Below are positions 47,895 through 59,746 of a DNA stretch of 64,000 nt, in pieces. Positions within the stretch are counted from its first letter, which is position 1. Every line of letters starts with the position of its first letter. The notes below the pieces were generated by a model that was given only the letters and a program-made list of their open reading frames with translations, ran no database searches and was not told where the DNA came from. The stretch comes from a bacterium (GTDB lineage: Bacteria; Patescibacteriota; Minisyncoccia; Phycocordibacterales; VMGT01). Position numbers and translations under genes: made by a program. Location of the stretch: assembly GCA_030697645.1 (NCBI GenBank), contig JAUYPI010000006.1:76017-140016 (forward strand). Direction: 5' to 3'.

Positions 47895-49034
47895 ATGAAA
47901 ATTTTATTCACCGGCGGCGGTACTGGCGGGCACTTTTATCCCATTGTAGCTATTGCGGAGGAGATAGACCGTCTCGTCGAAGAGCGCAAGCTCGTCGGCG
48001 TCGAGAAGCACTACATGGCTGCGGAGTCCTATGACGCAGGCCTCCTCCTCGAGCGTGATATCACTTTTCACCACGTGAGTGCGGGCAAAGTGCGGGCGTA
48101 CTTTTCGCCTCTCAATTTCCTCGACATTTTTAAGACTACTGCTGGGCTGCTTCGGGCGATCGTGCGGCTCTACTTTCTTTTTCCCGACATTATCTTCGGC
48201 AAAGGAGGCAGCGAGAGCTTCCCCGCGCTTTTTGCGGCGCGTGTTCTTGGTATTCCAGTGATGATTCACGAATCCGATACCGTGCCGGGAAGGGTCAACC
48301 GCTGGGCAGCGAAGTTCGCGCTTCGCATCGGACTCGGCTTTCCCGAGGCAGCAGCGCATTTCAAAACGATAGATAAGAAAAAAATCGCGCACACCGGCAT
48401 CCCGGTGCGGCGCGAGCTCTTTCACCCCGAGCGCGAGGGCGCACAGGAGTTTCTGCACCTTGAAGCCGGTATTCCTGTGCTTCTCGTCCTCGGTGGCTCG
48501 CAGGGCGCTATGGCGCTGAATGAGCGCGTACTCGACGCCCTGCCGCGTCTTGTCGAGCACTATCAGGTGATCCATCAGACGGGCACGGCAAACATTGAAG
48601 AGTGTACGCGCCTTGCCGCGCTTGTGCTTGAGGGAAGCGAGCAGAGGACGCGCTATCATCCATTCGGCTTTTTCAAAACGCTTGCGCTGAAACAGGCCGC
48701 CGGGGCAGCCGATCTCCTGCTCTGCCGCGCTGGCGCGACAACGATTGCAGAGGCGGCGCTCTGGGGCCTGCCTGCGATCGTCGTGCCGCTCCCGAGAGCC
48801 AAAGGCGACCATCAGCGCGAGAATGCCTTTGCCTATGCCCGCACCGGCGCTGCGGTCGTGATCGAGGAGGCGAATCTAACCAGCACGATTCTCCTTCAGG
48901 AAACTGACCGACTGATGGGCAATGTCACCGAACGTGAACGCATGCGGAATGCTGCGCGTGCCTTCGCCCGTCCCGACGCCGCCTCGCTCATCGCGGACGA
49001 GCTCCTCCGCCTTGGCCTCAAGCACGAAGGGTAA
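47895..49034 (+). CDS. murG: MurG glycosyltransferase
   Basis: GGGTGGH, HESD..PG, GGSQGA, RAGATT.AE, HQ.ENA. Confidence 0.93.
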   Translation: MKILFTGGGTGGHFYPIVAIAEEIDRLVEERKLVGVEKHYMAAESYDAGLLLERDITFHHVSAGKVRAYFSPLNFLDIFKTTAGLLRAIVRLYFLFPDIIFGKGGSESFPALFAARVLGIPVMIHESDTVPGRVNRWAAKFALRIGLGFPEAAAHFKTIDKKKIAHTGIPVRRELFHPEREGAQEFLHLEAGIPVLLVLGGSQGAMALNERVLDALPRLVEHYQVIHQTGTANIEECTRLAALVLEGSEQRTRYHPFGFFKTLALKQAAGAADLLLCRAGATTIAEAALWGLPAIVVPLPRAKGDHQRENAFAYARTGAAVVIEEANLTSTILLQETDRLMGNVTERERMRNAARAFARPDAASLIADELLRLGLKHEG

Positions 49035-49048
49035 TTTTTGATAACGAC

Positions 49049-49117
49049 GGGTTTTGGAATTTTACTTGTTGTTTTACGTTGTTGTTTTGCGCTTTTCGTT
49101 TTGCGTTTTGCATTTTC
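49049..49117 (+). repeat. Solo right arm of heptamer element (TTTTGCG flavour)
   Basis: GGTTTTGGAATTTTAC..TTTTGCGCTTTTCGTTTTGCGTTTTGCATTTT preceded by AACGACG. Confidence 0.65.
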
Positions 49118-49137
49118 TGATATAGAGTCAATCTCAC

Positions 49138-49209
49138 GGCCCTATCGTCTAATGGCCAGGACGCTACCCTCTCACGGTAGAAATCGGGGTTCGACTCCCC
49201 GTAGGGTCA
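49138..49209 (+). tRNA. tRNA-Glu(CTC)
   Basis: GGCCCTA/TAGGGTC acceptor, CTACC-CTCTCAC-GGTAG arm, GGTTCGACTCC. Confidence 0.95.
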
Positions 49210-49291
49210 TTGCGGAGAAAACAAATATGTGCTACCATTTTCTTGGTGAACGGCTCTTTGTTTTTGTGTTGAAGGAAAAAAGGAGTAAGTG

Positions 49292-50341
49292 ATGCCTCGT
49301 GTAGCAATTTTTGGTTGCGGGGACGCGGGAGAACTAAATTTTTGTGGGCTTAAACTCGCAGGATTTGACCCCGTTGTACTATGTGATGAGGACCCGAGTG
49401 TTCTCCAGAAAACACACTGGGCTCCTAAAAACGTCGCCCGATGTACTACAAAAAATGTAGGTACGATTTATGGGAGTGAGGACGTCGATCTCGTCGTCGT
49501 TGGAACGCCTGACCATACTCACCTTCCTGTCGCCAGTGCTGCACTAGCGGCTGGAAAATACGTATGGGTTGAGAAGCCACTCGCAACGGCAACCCAAGAC
49601 ATAGAAATGTTTGCGCATCTCGCGCACACATATCCTGGCAGGCTGCTCTTCAGCGAGACATTCACCTATCAAGCGCAGATCCAAGCAACAATACTGAATC
49701 TCGGCGAACTTGGTGGTCTACAGGGGGGGCAAACGTCATACACGATGTGGAACTGCGACCGCATTATGGGTGGCGGCAAGTGGCGCACAGAAACCCGTTA
49801 CAACCCCTGCGCCGGCGGCCTCAGCCATAACTTCATGGTACTGCGGTTACTTGCGGCATCGCCTTTCGTGCGCGTGTGCAGCCGAGGCCAGGTTCTCACA
49901 TATCACGAGCTCGGGAAACACGGCGGTTTTGATACCATGCACGGACTGCTCGAGACCGCTGCCGGACAGCTCTTTTCGTGGTACATCTGCCTTGCGACTA
50001 AAGGACCGAATAGCCCGATGGCGCACAGGACAGCGCACTTTATGCTCCAGTTTGAGTGCGGTGCGCTCATCTACGGCCATGAACCAGAGCACGACCGGCT
50101 CATCGTCAATGGAGAAAGTGCCTACTTCGCCCAGGAGGCGGAGGCGGTGTCGTGGCGCAGCTACTACAAGGAGATATGCTACCGCCGGATGCATGAAGAC
50201 ACTCTCAGGGCGATGCGTGGTGAACCAACGTTACATACTATCTGGCACGGCATTAATGTTGCAGCTGCCTGTGCCTCTGCTTTTGAATCTGCCCACCAAA
50301 ACGGCATCTGGCTCGATATTCCACAAGTATTGCAAGGGTAA
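49292..50341 (+). CDS. Gfo/Idh/MocA-family oxidoreductase
   Basis: VAIFGCG, VDLVVVGTPDHTH, GKYVWVEKPLA. Confidence 0.88.
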   Translation: MPRVAIFGCGDAGELNFCGLKLAGFDPVVLCDEDPSVLQKTHWAPKNVARCTTKNVGTIYGSEDVDLVVVGTPDHTHLPVASAALAAGKYVWVEKPLATATQDIEMFAHLAHTYPGRLLFSETFTYQAQIQATILNLGELGGLQGGQTSYTMWNCDRIMGGGKWRTETRYNPCAGGLSHNFMVLRLLAASPFVRVCSRGQVLTYHELGKHGGFDTMHGLLETAAGQLFSWYICLATKGPNSPMAHRTAHFMLQFECGALIYGHEPEHDRLIVNGESAYFAQEAEAVSWRSYYKEICYRRMHEDTLRAMRGEPTLHTIWHGINVAAACASAFESAHQNGIWLDIPQVLQG

Positions 50342-50408
50342 AGATCGCTTCGTCTACAAAAGCCGCTCACACACTTGTGTATGAGCGGCTATCTATACGT
50401 ACAGGTTT

Positions 50409-50882
50409 TCAGAATAACCGAGACACGCCGATGAATAAATACCCCGTGGCGAAAAGATAGATAACCATCTTCGCCATATTGTAGATTCGTCCTCCCCTCA
50501 CGCCACTCTCGTATGCAAGAGCAATACGAAATGGGTTCGCGTCGCGATCAAGAGCGGTCCAAACGAATTGATCTGCCCTATCCGTTTGCATACCAATAAG
50601 AACCCATCCCTCTCTCGTGATGACCCACCATATCGCGCACAGGAGCAGCCCAAAAGACATACCGAAACCTACCTCCATAGCGGTGCGCACTCCGCCCGCA
50701 AGGAATCCAAAAATCACCGCATTGGCGATGAGCATGACGTTATACCGCTGCCAGATCGCTTGCCGTTCCGAGTTGATAAGCGCCGTATGGGCGGTGAAAA
50801 GACCGGTAAGCGAGATGTCGGAATACTGTTCCGTCGCTTGCGGCGCGGTAGGCCGCACCGAATACTCTTGCGCTTCCGCCAT
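50409..50882 (-). CDS. Three-TM membrane protein (RipA-octameric-like)
   Basis: ERQAIWQRYNVMLIANAVIFGFL..GLLLCAIWW pattern. Confidence 0.65.
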   Translation of the reverse strand: MAEAQEYSVRPTAPQATEQYSDISLTGLFTAHTALINSERQAIWQRYNVMLIANAVIFGFLAGGVRTAMEVGFGMSFGLLLCAIWWVITREGWVLIGMQTDRADQFVWTALDRDANPFRIALAYESGVRGGRIYNMAKMVIYLFATGYLFIGVSRLF

Positions 50883-51037
50883 AGCGTCCCCCCCCCGCTG
50901 CTGTTTTTAGTCGTTCAATGCTACGATGAACATCAGTAACTCCACTATGCATACATTATATCCGGCTGTATTGCAAATCGCACGGTGCGAACTCATTCTG
51001 TTTTATTAGTTCGATTACACACTAATTACAAAAAGAA

Positions 51038-51261
51038 ATGGCCAAAGAACGAGAGTCTAAGTAATCAGAAATAATATTGTTTCAAAAGAGACTGCGTCGG
51101 AACTTCAGCGGATTATCCGTGATGAGCATGGAAAAGAACTTACGAATGCAGAGACGCACCAAGCTGCTAGCAACATGGTCAATCTTTACTGCTTGCTCTG
51201 GATGATAGACCAGTGGAGTGGTACGGAGAGAGTCTGCTCAATCCCTCAAAAAGCTCGATAA
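51038..51261 (+). pseudogene. Broken small ORF resembling proteins found beside integrative-element recombinases
   Basis: SKETASELQRIIRDEHGKELTNAETHQAASNMVNLY frame lacks an in-frame start. Confidence 0.4.
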
Positions 51262-51291
51262 GGGGTTTTGAATTCTGTCTTGTTAGGGTCA

Positions 51292-51329
51292 TACGAAAAA
51301 AGAGACGTCGACCGTCTCTTTTTTCGTAT
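51292..51329 (+). terminator. Terminator after the duplicated tRNA 3' end
   Basis: TACGAAAAAAGAGAC-gtcgacc-GTCTCTTTTTTCGTA. Confidence 0.8.
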
Positions 51330-51395
51330 ACCGGTGGCGAGCCGTGTGTGGATAAACTTTTTCTCGCTCAATGGCAACGTGGTAGTATTTGAGGC

Positions 51396-52070
51396 ATGGC
51401 AGAGACGGTACCGGTGTTTACCATCAAAGAGTCGCTTCGCTTCGGCTGGGAGACGACGAAGGCGAATCTTACGTTTCTCGCGGGGACGTTTCTTGTCTCG
51501 ATCGCGCCGTCGATTGCAGGCGAGGCGCTGGGGCTCGACGAGCGGGACGGCATTATACCGGCACTTTTCGTGATCGCGGCGGTTGTGGTGCAAGCCGGGC
51601 TCGGGCTCGGTCTTACGAAAATCCATTTGCGGTTTGCCCGCGGCGAGATAGCAGAATGGCGAGATCTATTTTCATGCGGCCACTTGCTGCTACCGTATCT
51701 CGGCGCCGCGATTCTCTACGGCCTCGTCGTCGTCTTTGGCCTCATCCTTCTCATTGTTCCGGGCGTCATCTGGTCCGTTAAATACGGCTTGTATTTTTAT
51801 GTGTTGCTCGACGAGCATGCGCCGCCGTTTGTTTCGCTCCAGCGCAGCGCGGAGATCACGAAAGGCGTGCGATGGCAACTTTTCCTCTTTGCCCTTATCC
51901 TCGGGCTTGTCAATGTCGCCGGGGCGTTTGCATTCGGTGTCGGCCTTCTCATCACCGTACCGGTAACAGCGATCGCTGGCGCGTATGTATATATCAAGCT
52001 GCGCGAGCGGCTCGTGCCAGCCGCCGAGCCGCCAGAACAGCACGCGGTTGTACCGGTTGAACCAGGATAG
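51396..52070 (+). CDS. Integral membrane protein (DUF975-like)
   Basis: GLILLIVPGVIW, SLQRSAEITKG.RWQLF, GLLITVPV. Confidence 0.8.
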   Translation: MAETVPVFTIKESLRFGWETTKANLTFLAGTFLVSIAPSIAGEALGLDERDGIIPALFVIAAVVVQAGLGLGLTKIHLRFARGEIAEWRDLFSCGHLLLPYLGAAILYGLVVVFGLILLIVPGVIWSVKYGLYFYVLLDEHAPPFVSLQRSAEITKGVRWQLFLFALILGLVNVAGAFAFGVGLLITVPVTAIAGAYVYIKLRERLVPAAEPPEQHAVVPVEPG

Positions 52071-52200
52071 CTGCGCCAAGCTGCATCAGGGCGTGCATTG
52101 AGCGCGATATTAGGGTAACTTATTTATGGACGGGGCCTAAGCACACCCCCGCCGCTTATTGCGAGGCAGTGTGGAGCTAATTTACAGACCCTCTTAACCT

Positions 52201-53121
52201 ATGTCCTCCGGCAAACAATTGAAAACGCGCATCAGGTCAGTCGGTAACATTCGCAAGATTACGAAGGCGATGGAGCTTGTCTCTGTCTCCAAAATGAAGC
52301 GAGCTGTTGATGCTCTGCTCCGCACCCGTCCCTACGCTGAGGGCGCGTGGGAAGTGCTGCGCGACCTCAGAGCGGTGGCGCTCGGAGAGAGGCATCCCTT
52401 GCTTGGCGAGGAGCGGGAGTTGAAACGCGCGCTCGTCCTGCTCACGACATCCGACCGCGGCCTCTGCGCCAACTTTAACAGCGCGGTGCTCGGGAGAGTT
52501 GAGAAATTTTTGGCCGAGTTGCCGGAGGGCGCGAGTGCTGATATCGTGACTCTTGGGAAGCGCGGGCGGGAGGCCGCGGCGCGGAGGGGCTGGAATCTTG
52601 TTGCTTCGTTTGACCACCTCTCGGTGCTTCCGAGCGCCGAGGATATAGAGCCAATCGCGACTCTCCTCACGCGCGGTTTTATCGAGGGACGCTACGACCA
52701 CATCTATATCGTCTTTACGGATTTTGTCTCAGCGATTCGTCAAGAGGTGGCGCTTGAGCAGCTTTTGCCGCTCCACGAGAACGCGCGGCTTGGCGCGGCA
52801 TGGCGCGTCGGGGAGGGCGCGGTGAACACCACGCGCGCTCTCGCGCGCGAGCGCTTGCGCAGAATCGAGTTCCTGTTTGAACCGTCGGGGAAAGCGGTGT
52901 TTGAGTATGTACTGCCGCGGCTCGTTTCCGTGCAGATTTTTCAGGGCATCCTCGAGTCAATAGCGTCTGAGCACGCCGCACGCCGGCTCGCGATGAAGAA
53001 CGCGACCGACGCCGCGGCGGACATCGTTCGCGACGTCACGTTTACATTCAACCAGATGCGCCAGTCCGCGATCACGCAGGAAATCGCGGAAATCTCGACC
53101 GGAGCGATGATGACGAGGTAG
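52201..53121 (+). CDS. atpG: ATP synthase F1 gamma subunit
   Basis: KITKAMELV, SDRGLC, SEHAARR.AM.NAT, RQSAITQEIAEI. Confidence 0.95.
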   Translation: MSSGKQLKTRIRSVGNIRKITKAMELVSVSKMKRAVDALLRTRPYAEGAWEVLRDLRAVALGERHPLLGEERELKRALVLLTTSDRGLCANFNSAVLGRVEKFLAELPEGASADIVTLGKRGREAAARRGWNLVASFDHLSVLPSAEDIEPIATLLTRGFIEGRYDHIYIVFTDFVSAIRQEVALEQLLPLHENARLGAAWRVGEGAVNTTRALARERLRRIEFLFEPSGKAVFEYVLPRLVSVQIFQGILESIASEHAARRLAMKNATDAAADIVRDVTFTFNQMRQSAITQEIAEISTGAMMTR

Positions 53122-53155
53122 GATTTTCTTGCGGCATCATTATCTCTATATCTCT

Positions 53156-54559
53156 ATGGGTTCGAGTCTTAAAGGTTTCGGCGTTATTGGGGTGGTCATT
53201 ATTACCACTCTCACTCTTCTCGTCGGGGGCGCCGTCCTCTATCTTAGTAAATTTAAGAATCCGAAAGTATCGCAAGAAAGTTTTTCGGAAGAACCACTGC
53301 AGAGTGAGAATATTCAAAACGAAGGATCAGAACGAAACGAATCAGACTATCACCATCTGGAGGCTGCAATTGAAAAGAACTATTTTACTCAATGCATTGA
53401 TACCTCCCGCGCTCAGTCGACTCTTTATGAAGAAAAGCAAGATATACCGCAACAACTTGAGGACGATACTGTAATCCAGATAGAACTTGGAAAAGAACTG
53501 GGCTTTTTTACAGCCTTTCTCGCTTCAGAAAAAGATGCACAAATAAATAATCTAACTCAGGGGTTTATGGACCAACGAGCTGGCTACTCAGTAAGATTGC
53601 CGCAAGGCTGGAAACGAACCGAGGCTGGACCCCCTGGTTCTTTCATTGAATTTTCAACCTCAACGATACATAAAACAGGAGATTTGTGGGTTACGATTGA
53701 GCGTGAGACAGACCCCGGCATCTTTCCAAGGTGTAGTGGTTCGGTTCATGATTACTTACCAAAGGGAAATTCTTCTGAATTTTTGGAGAAAACACAATGC
53801 CGAGGGGGTTATTACCTTACACTGCGTCTACGGCGCGACGATCAAAATAGTGATACACACAAAAAATTACTTGAAAAAATAGCGAACAATTTCTACCCAA
53901 TTGACGAAGATTTCCTTCGTAATCGAGGAGCGAGGCCCTCCGTAGTTTTTGATAATCTTGCAACAGATGTCTTAATCCGAGTGCAACTCATGGGAAATAA
54001 AAAGATTCCTCCCAAAGGCATCCTGCGTCTTATCAAGTACACTTCGATACAAGAGGATATCTATGATGATCTCGGTCCACTTTATGATACTGGTATGGAT
54101 GGGGACGAAATTGTAAATGACGGTGTATTTTCAAAGAAAATTTCAGTTAAGGAGAGTGGGCCCAAGCCTTTATTCTTTGGGTTTATTCTCGTGGTTCCCG
54201 ATTCTATGGTTCCAACACGACTTCACGATTTGTTACTTCCGGTTGCAATTCGACAGGATCCCGAGTGTGTGGTGGATAGTTTTGTTGCAGACTTACGTTC
54301 GGGAGATATAGAATCGGCGGGAAAAAAGGTCGGCGAGCGCGTAAAAGAAGGTTTAAGTACCATAGACCAGTCCGCCTTACTCAAACTAGCTGATTCGATT
54401 GAAAGGAGGACTCTTGAGGAGCCCAAAGAAGATAGCGCGAAATGGTACCGTAGTGATTCAAGATCATATGAAATCCCTTGGGATGACGCAGATGGTCCCG
54501 GCTCATTGAGTATATCGTTGTTTAGAGACGCTCTCGGTATATGGAGTATACAGTTTTAG
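53156..54559 (+). CDS. Low-GC multi-domain membrane-anchored protein inserted between atpG and atpD
   Basis: KGFGVIG plus TM helix; GYSVRLPQGW; LYDTGMDGDEIVNDGVFS; NTF2-like C-terminus. Confidence 0.8.
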   Translation: MGSSLKGFGVIGVVIITTLTLLVGGAVLYLSKFKNPKVSQESFSEEPLQSENIQNEGSERNESDYHHLEAAIEKNYFTQCIDTSRAQSTLYEEKQDIPQQLEDDTVIQIELGKELGFFTAFLASEKDAQINNLTQGFMDQRAGYSVRLPQGWKRTEAGPPGSFIEFSTSTIHKTGDLWVTIERETDPGIFPRCSGSVHDYLPKGNSSEFLEKTQCRGGYYLTLRLRRDDQNSDTHKKLLEKIANNFYPIDEDFLRNRGARPSVVFDNLATDVLIRVQLMGNKKIPPKGILRLIKYTSIQEDIYDDLGPLYDTGMDGDEIVNDGVFSKKISVKESGPKPLFFGFILVVPDSMVPTRLHDLLLPVAIRQDPECVVDSFVADLRSGDIESAGKKVGERVKEGLSTIDQSALLKLADSIERRTLEEPKEDSAKWYRSDSRSYEIPWDDADGPGSLSISLFRDALGIWSIQF

Positions 54560-55948
<1,389 letters not shown>

Positions 55949-55951
<3 letters not shown>

Positions 55952-56036
55952 CGAATTTCCAATTTCCAAGTGGTCAATTTCCAAGCAAATTTCAAATGCT
56001 CAAATCTCAAATTAAACTTCGTACTTCGGATTTTGT
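55949..56036 (+). repeat. Heptamer element arm starting in the atpD stop codon
   Basis: TAACGAATTTCCAATTTCCAAGTGGTCAATTTCCAAGCAAATTTCAAATGCTCAAATCTCAAAT. Confidence 0.8.
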
Positions 56037-56078
56037 ACATCGGATGTCAGCGTCGGCAATTTTTTTACGAAATAAGAC

Positions 56079-56504
56079 ATGAAGACCCACACGCTCGGAT
56101 TTATTTTTTCTCCGTCATTCGAGGAGGTGCTGCTCATCGAGAAGCAGCGCCCCGATTGGCAACGGGGGAAGCTCAACGGCATCGGTGGCAAGATTGAATC
56201 CGGCGAGGGCAGTGTTCAGTGCATGGTACGCGAGGCATCCGAGGAATGCGGCCTCTATTCAGAACGCGAAAGCTGGATGTACATCGGCATTATGGAAGGA
56301 TCCGAGTGGTCGGTGGACGTGTACGCACTGATTCATCAAGGAGCGCTCGACGATATTCAAACCACAACGGACGAGGAGGTCGCGTGGTACCCTGTTGCCG
56401 CTCTGCCTCACCATGCGCTCTCAAACGTGCCGTGGCTTATTCACCTCGCAATCGACAAGCTGCGCCACGACAAATTCCATTCCTGCACGGTACAGTATCG
56501 TTAG
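56079..56504 (+). CDS. NUDIX hydrolase
   Basis: GGKIESGE....CMVREASEECGL Nudix box. Confidence 0.9.
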   Translation: MKTHTLGFIFSPSFEEVLLIEKQRPDWQRGKLNGIGGKIESGEGSVQCMVREASEECGLYSERESWMYIGIMEGSEWSVDVYALIHQGALDDIQTTTDEEVAWYPVAALPHHALSNVPWLIHLAIDKLRHDKFHSCTVQYR

Positions 56505-56597
56505 GAGTTTTAGAGTGCTGTTTGAGTCATCAACGGCTGTTATCGGAAATATAGCCGCGTATACGCGCCAAGCCATGCGCCGTGCTAGAATAGGAGT

Positions 56598-57962
56598 ATG
56601 CAAAGCGGCACGGTTATAACGCGGTTTCCGCCATCGCCGACGGGTCTATTCCATATAGGGAATGCGCGGACGGCGCTTTTTAACTGGCTTTTTGCGCGGC
56701 ACCACGGTGGGAAAGTGCTTCTGCGGTTTGAAGACACCGACCGCGCACGCTCAAAGTCCGAGTATGAACAAAATATCCGCGATGGCCTCGTGTGGCTCGG
56801 GCTCGATTTTGATAACGCCGAGGAGGCGCCATGGCGTCAATCTGAGCGTACGGCTATCTACCGCGTTCATATCGAGCGCCTGATCGCCTCCGGCAGCGCC
56901 TACGTGTCGCGCGAGCGGGCAAAGGATGACCCGAGTAGGGAAGTGGATCTCGTGCGTCTCCGAAGCGGCGGCAAGAATGTCACTTTTCATGACGAGATCC
57001 GAGGGGATATTACTTTCGATACCACTGAGCTCGGCGATCTCGTTATCGCGCGGAACATTGGTGAGCCGCTTTATCATCTCGCGGTCGTCGTGGATGATTT
57101 CGAGATGGGTGTTACGCACGTGATCCGCGGGGAAGACCATATCTCAAATACCGCGCGGCAAATTTTGATACAAGAGGCGATTGGCGCGCCACGGCCTCTC
57201 TATGCGCACATTCCGCTCATTCTCGCGCCTGATCGTTCGAAGCTCTCGAAACGCCACGGTGCGACCGCGCTCACCGACTACCGCGACCAAGGATACCTCC
57301 CGCAGGCGCTTATAAACTACCTCGCGCTCCTCGGCTGGAGCCCGGGAGACGATAGGGAAGTGTTCAGCCCGAGGGAACTTATCGAGCGCTTCGGCCTCTC
57401 ACGCGTGCAGAAGTCCGGCGCCATATTCAATCGTGAGAAACTCGACTGGCTCAACCGCGAGCACCTTAAACTTCTCTCCGACGATGATTTCTTGGCAGCT
57501 AAAAGAATTTTTTTGCCTACCCGCGAAAGAGAACTTTTTGAGAAGCATCCGCGCACGGCGCGTGCGCTCGTGCCAATCTTGCGCGAGCGCACTGCGACGT
57601 TTTCCGACGTTCGAGCGCTCGCGGAGAGGGGAGAGCTCCTGTACTTTTTTGAAGATCCTATATTCGAGGACGCATCAAAAATTTCATGGAAAGAAACACC
57701 TAATGAGACTACAAAGCGTCACCTGCAGTATCTTGTCGCTATACTCGATGCTGCGAAAGAAAAAAATGATTACCACGAGGCGTTGAATACAACGATCTTC
57801 GAGTACGCGCTAAAAGAGGGGAAGGGGGCGGTGCTCTGGCCGATGCGGTATGCCCTGTCAGGCAAGGACAAGTCGCCCGATCCCATCACGATTGCGACGA
57901 TCGTAGAGAGGGAGGCAACAATCCGTCGTCTCAAAACCGCTATAACAATGTTGGCAGCTTAA
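56598..57962 (+). CDS. gltX: Glutamate-tRNA ligase
   Basis: TRFPPSPTG.FHIGN, RFEDTD, VIRGEDH, KLSKR. Confidence 0.95.
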   Translation: MQSGTVITRFPPSPTGLFHIGNARTALFNWLFARHHGGKVLLRFEDTDRARSKSEYEQNIRDGLVWLGLDFDNAEEAPWRQSERTAIYRVHIERLIASGSAYVSRERAKDDPSREVDLVRLRSGGKNVTFHDEIRGDITFDTTELGDLVIARNIGEPLYHLAVVVDDFEMGVTHVIRGEDHISNTARQILIQEAIGAPRPLYAHIPLILAPDRSKLSKRHGATALTDYRDQGYLPQALINYLALLGWSPGDDREVFSPRELIERFGLSRVQKSGAIFNREKLDWLNREHLKLLSDDDFLAAKRIFLPTRERELFEKHPRTARALVPILRERTATFSDVRALAERGELLYFFEDPIFEDASKISWKETPNETTKRHLQYLVAILDAAKEKNDYHEALNTTIFEYALKEGKGAVLWPMRYALSGKDKSPDPITIATIVEREATIRRLKTAITMLAA

Positions 57963-57988
57963 CATACGAAAACGGCCCTCCCGAAAAC

Positions 57989-59305
57989 ATGTCAAGTGCT
58001 TCTACAAATCGCTTAAAATTTTCTATGTTCGCTGTGCGGGCTTGCGTTGGTTTAACCCTCGCTGCTGTGGCTACCGCCGAACATACGAGCGCGCAGTCGA
58101 GCGCTGAAATAAAATCAAAAATAGACGCACATACCGGCGCCGTAGCCTCTCTAGAGCATGAAATCAAACGCTACGAGGCAGAACTTGCTGCTGTAGGGCG
58201 CGACGCCGACACGCTCGAGGGCGCCGTCGCGCGGCTGACGATCTCGATTAAAAAATTTAACGCGGACATCGCCCTTACCGAGCGAGAGATTTCCGAGACA
58301 AGCGCGCGCATTGCGACCCTCAGCGGAAATATTAGCGACAAAGAGCGACGCATCGCACAAAACACAGCGGCAATCGCGGAGACCCTGCGCCGCGTGCGCG
58401 AGCAAGAAGCGGCAACCCTTATTGAAGTCGTGCTCTCGGAGTCGCGGCTCTCCGGCTTTTGGGATTCAGTCGCCAGCATCCGTCAATTTCAAGAGACTAT
58501 TCGAACTGAGCTCGCCTCGCTTCGCGCGGTAAAGACCGAGCTCGAAGGGCTCCGGGAGAAAGAGGAAGATGAGCAACTGGAGCTGATCGGGCTCCGCATT
58601 CAGCTTGCTGACCAAAAATCGCTCGTCGAGGCCGAGCGTCGAGAGCAGCGAGAACTGCTGCGCCTCACGAAAAATAAAGAATCTAATTACCAGGAGCTTC
58701 TCGCGACGAAGCTGGCCGAGAAAGAAGCGTTCGAGCGCGAAATCCACGCGCTTGAGGCCGCGCTTGAGATAGCGATAGATCCTTTAAAGCTCCCCGAGAA
58801 GAGGCCAGGGGTGCTTGCGTGGCCGCTCGAGAGCATTACGGTCACGCAGTATTTCGGCAATACGGATTTCGCTCGAGCAAACGCAGGAATCTACCAGGGG
58901 AAGGGGCACAACGGCATCGATTTTCGAGCATCCGTAGGGACGAGCGTAAAGAGTGCGCTTGTTGGTATAGTAGAGGCAGCCGGCGATACCGATCTGGTTC
59001 GCGGCTGTTCATCTTATGGCAAATGGGTGCTCGTGCGCCACGCAAACGGACTCTCGACGCTCTATGCGCATCTCTCGCTCGTCAAAGTGACCGAGGGGAG
59101 TAAAGTCGCCACGGGGGACATTATAGGTTACAGTGGAAAGACTGGCTACTCGACCGGGCCGCACCTCCACTTCACCGTCTATGCAACGCAGGGCGTGCGC
59201 GTACAGAGGTTTGCGAACAGTGTCAATTGCAAAAACGCATCAATTCCGATCGCTGACCTCAAGGCATATTTGAATCCGCTCGATTATCTGCCGGCGATGC
59301 CGTAA
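57989..59305 (+). CDS. Coiled-coil M23 peptidase (EnvC-like)
   Basis: Long coiled coil; HNGIDF, YAHL, STGPHLHF. Confidence 0.9.
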   Translation: MSSASTNRLKFSMFAVRACVGLTLAAVATAEHTSAQSSAEIKSKIDAHTGAVASLEHEIKRYEAELAAVGRDADTLEGAVARLTISIKKFNADIALTEREISETSARIATLSGNISDKERRIAQNTAAIAETLRRVREQEAATLIEVVLSESRLSGFWDSVASIRQFQETIRTELASLRAVKTELEGLREKEEDEQLELIGLRIQLADQKSLVEAERREQRELLRLTKNKESNYQELLATKLAEKEAFEREIHALEAALEIAIDPLKLPEKRPGVLAWPLESITVTQYFGNTDFARANAGIYQGKGHNGIDFRASVGTSVKSALVGIVEAAGDTDLVRGCSSYGKWVLVRHANGLSTLYAHLSLVKVTEGSKVATGDIIGYSGKTGYSTGPHLHFTVYATQGVRVQRFANSVNCKNASIPIADLKAYLNPLDYLPAMP

Positions 59306-59312
59306 ACGCGCA

Positions 59313-59380
59313 TAACGAATTTCCAAATTCCAAAAAACCCGTCTCCAAACACGACGTGCGTGTTTGAGATTTGATGCATT
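59313..59380. repeat. Truncated heptamer element
   Basis: TAACGAATTTCCAAATTCC..; about 59344-59380 is the reverse complement of about 20368-20403 with one mismatch. Confidence 0.8.
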
Positions 59381-59410
59381 TTTCGCTTTATGCAGATGAA
59401 AAAAGGATAT

Positions 59411-59554
59411 ATGAGGCGCAACGCCGGACTCATCACAACTCTTTTACTCATCGCGGTCGGCGTCGGCCTGCTCGCGTATTTTCAAGTTGACTTACGTGCC
59501 CTTATCGGAGCCGCGATCCGTTGGATCGGAGCCTTTATTAGCACACTTCGGTAA
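59411..59554 (+). CDS. 47-aa membrane microprotein (not in ORF track)
   Basis: AAGGA RBS; MRRNAGLITTLLLIAVGVGLLAYFQVDLRALIG.. Confidence 0.6.
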   Translation: MRRNAGLITTLLLIAVGVGLLAYFQVDLRALIGAAIRWIGAFISTLR

Positions 59555-59746
59555 AGGTTTGGTGAGTGATTCCACACTACGTCGACAAATATATCTTGTG
59601 CGACGTTCGGTACAAAACAAAAACGGGCTTCCCTACAATCGAGAGAAGCCCCCCTTTAGTTTAGTCCTGGTCTGTGGCTATTTGGTTATTTTTGTCTCAG
59701 TGGATTAAATGCCCGCTCAAAGGCGGCTTCTTGCTCCTTGGTACTA

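Noticed and set aside
20368-47895. Extended N-termini given by the ORF track for rnhB, rel, topA, ABC permease, carboxypeptidase, ftsW and murG
   Set aside because: The extensions are translations of the heptamer elements; downstream ATGs match family starts
16-51355. Replication origin from DnaA boxes TTATCCACA at 16-24, 20650-20658 and 51347-51355 (reverse)
   Set aside because: Isolated single boxes with no cluster, unwinding element or dnaA gene
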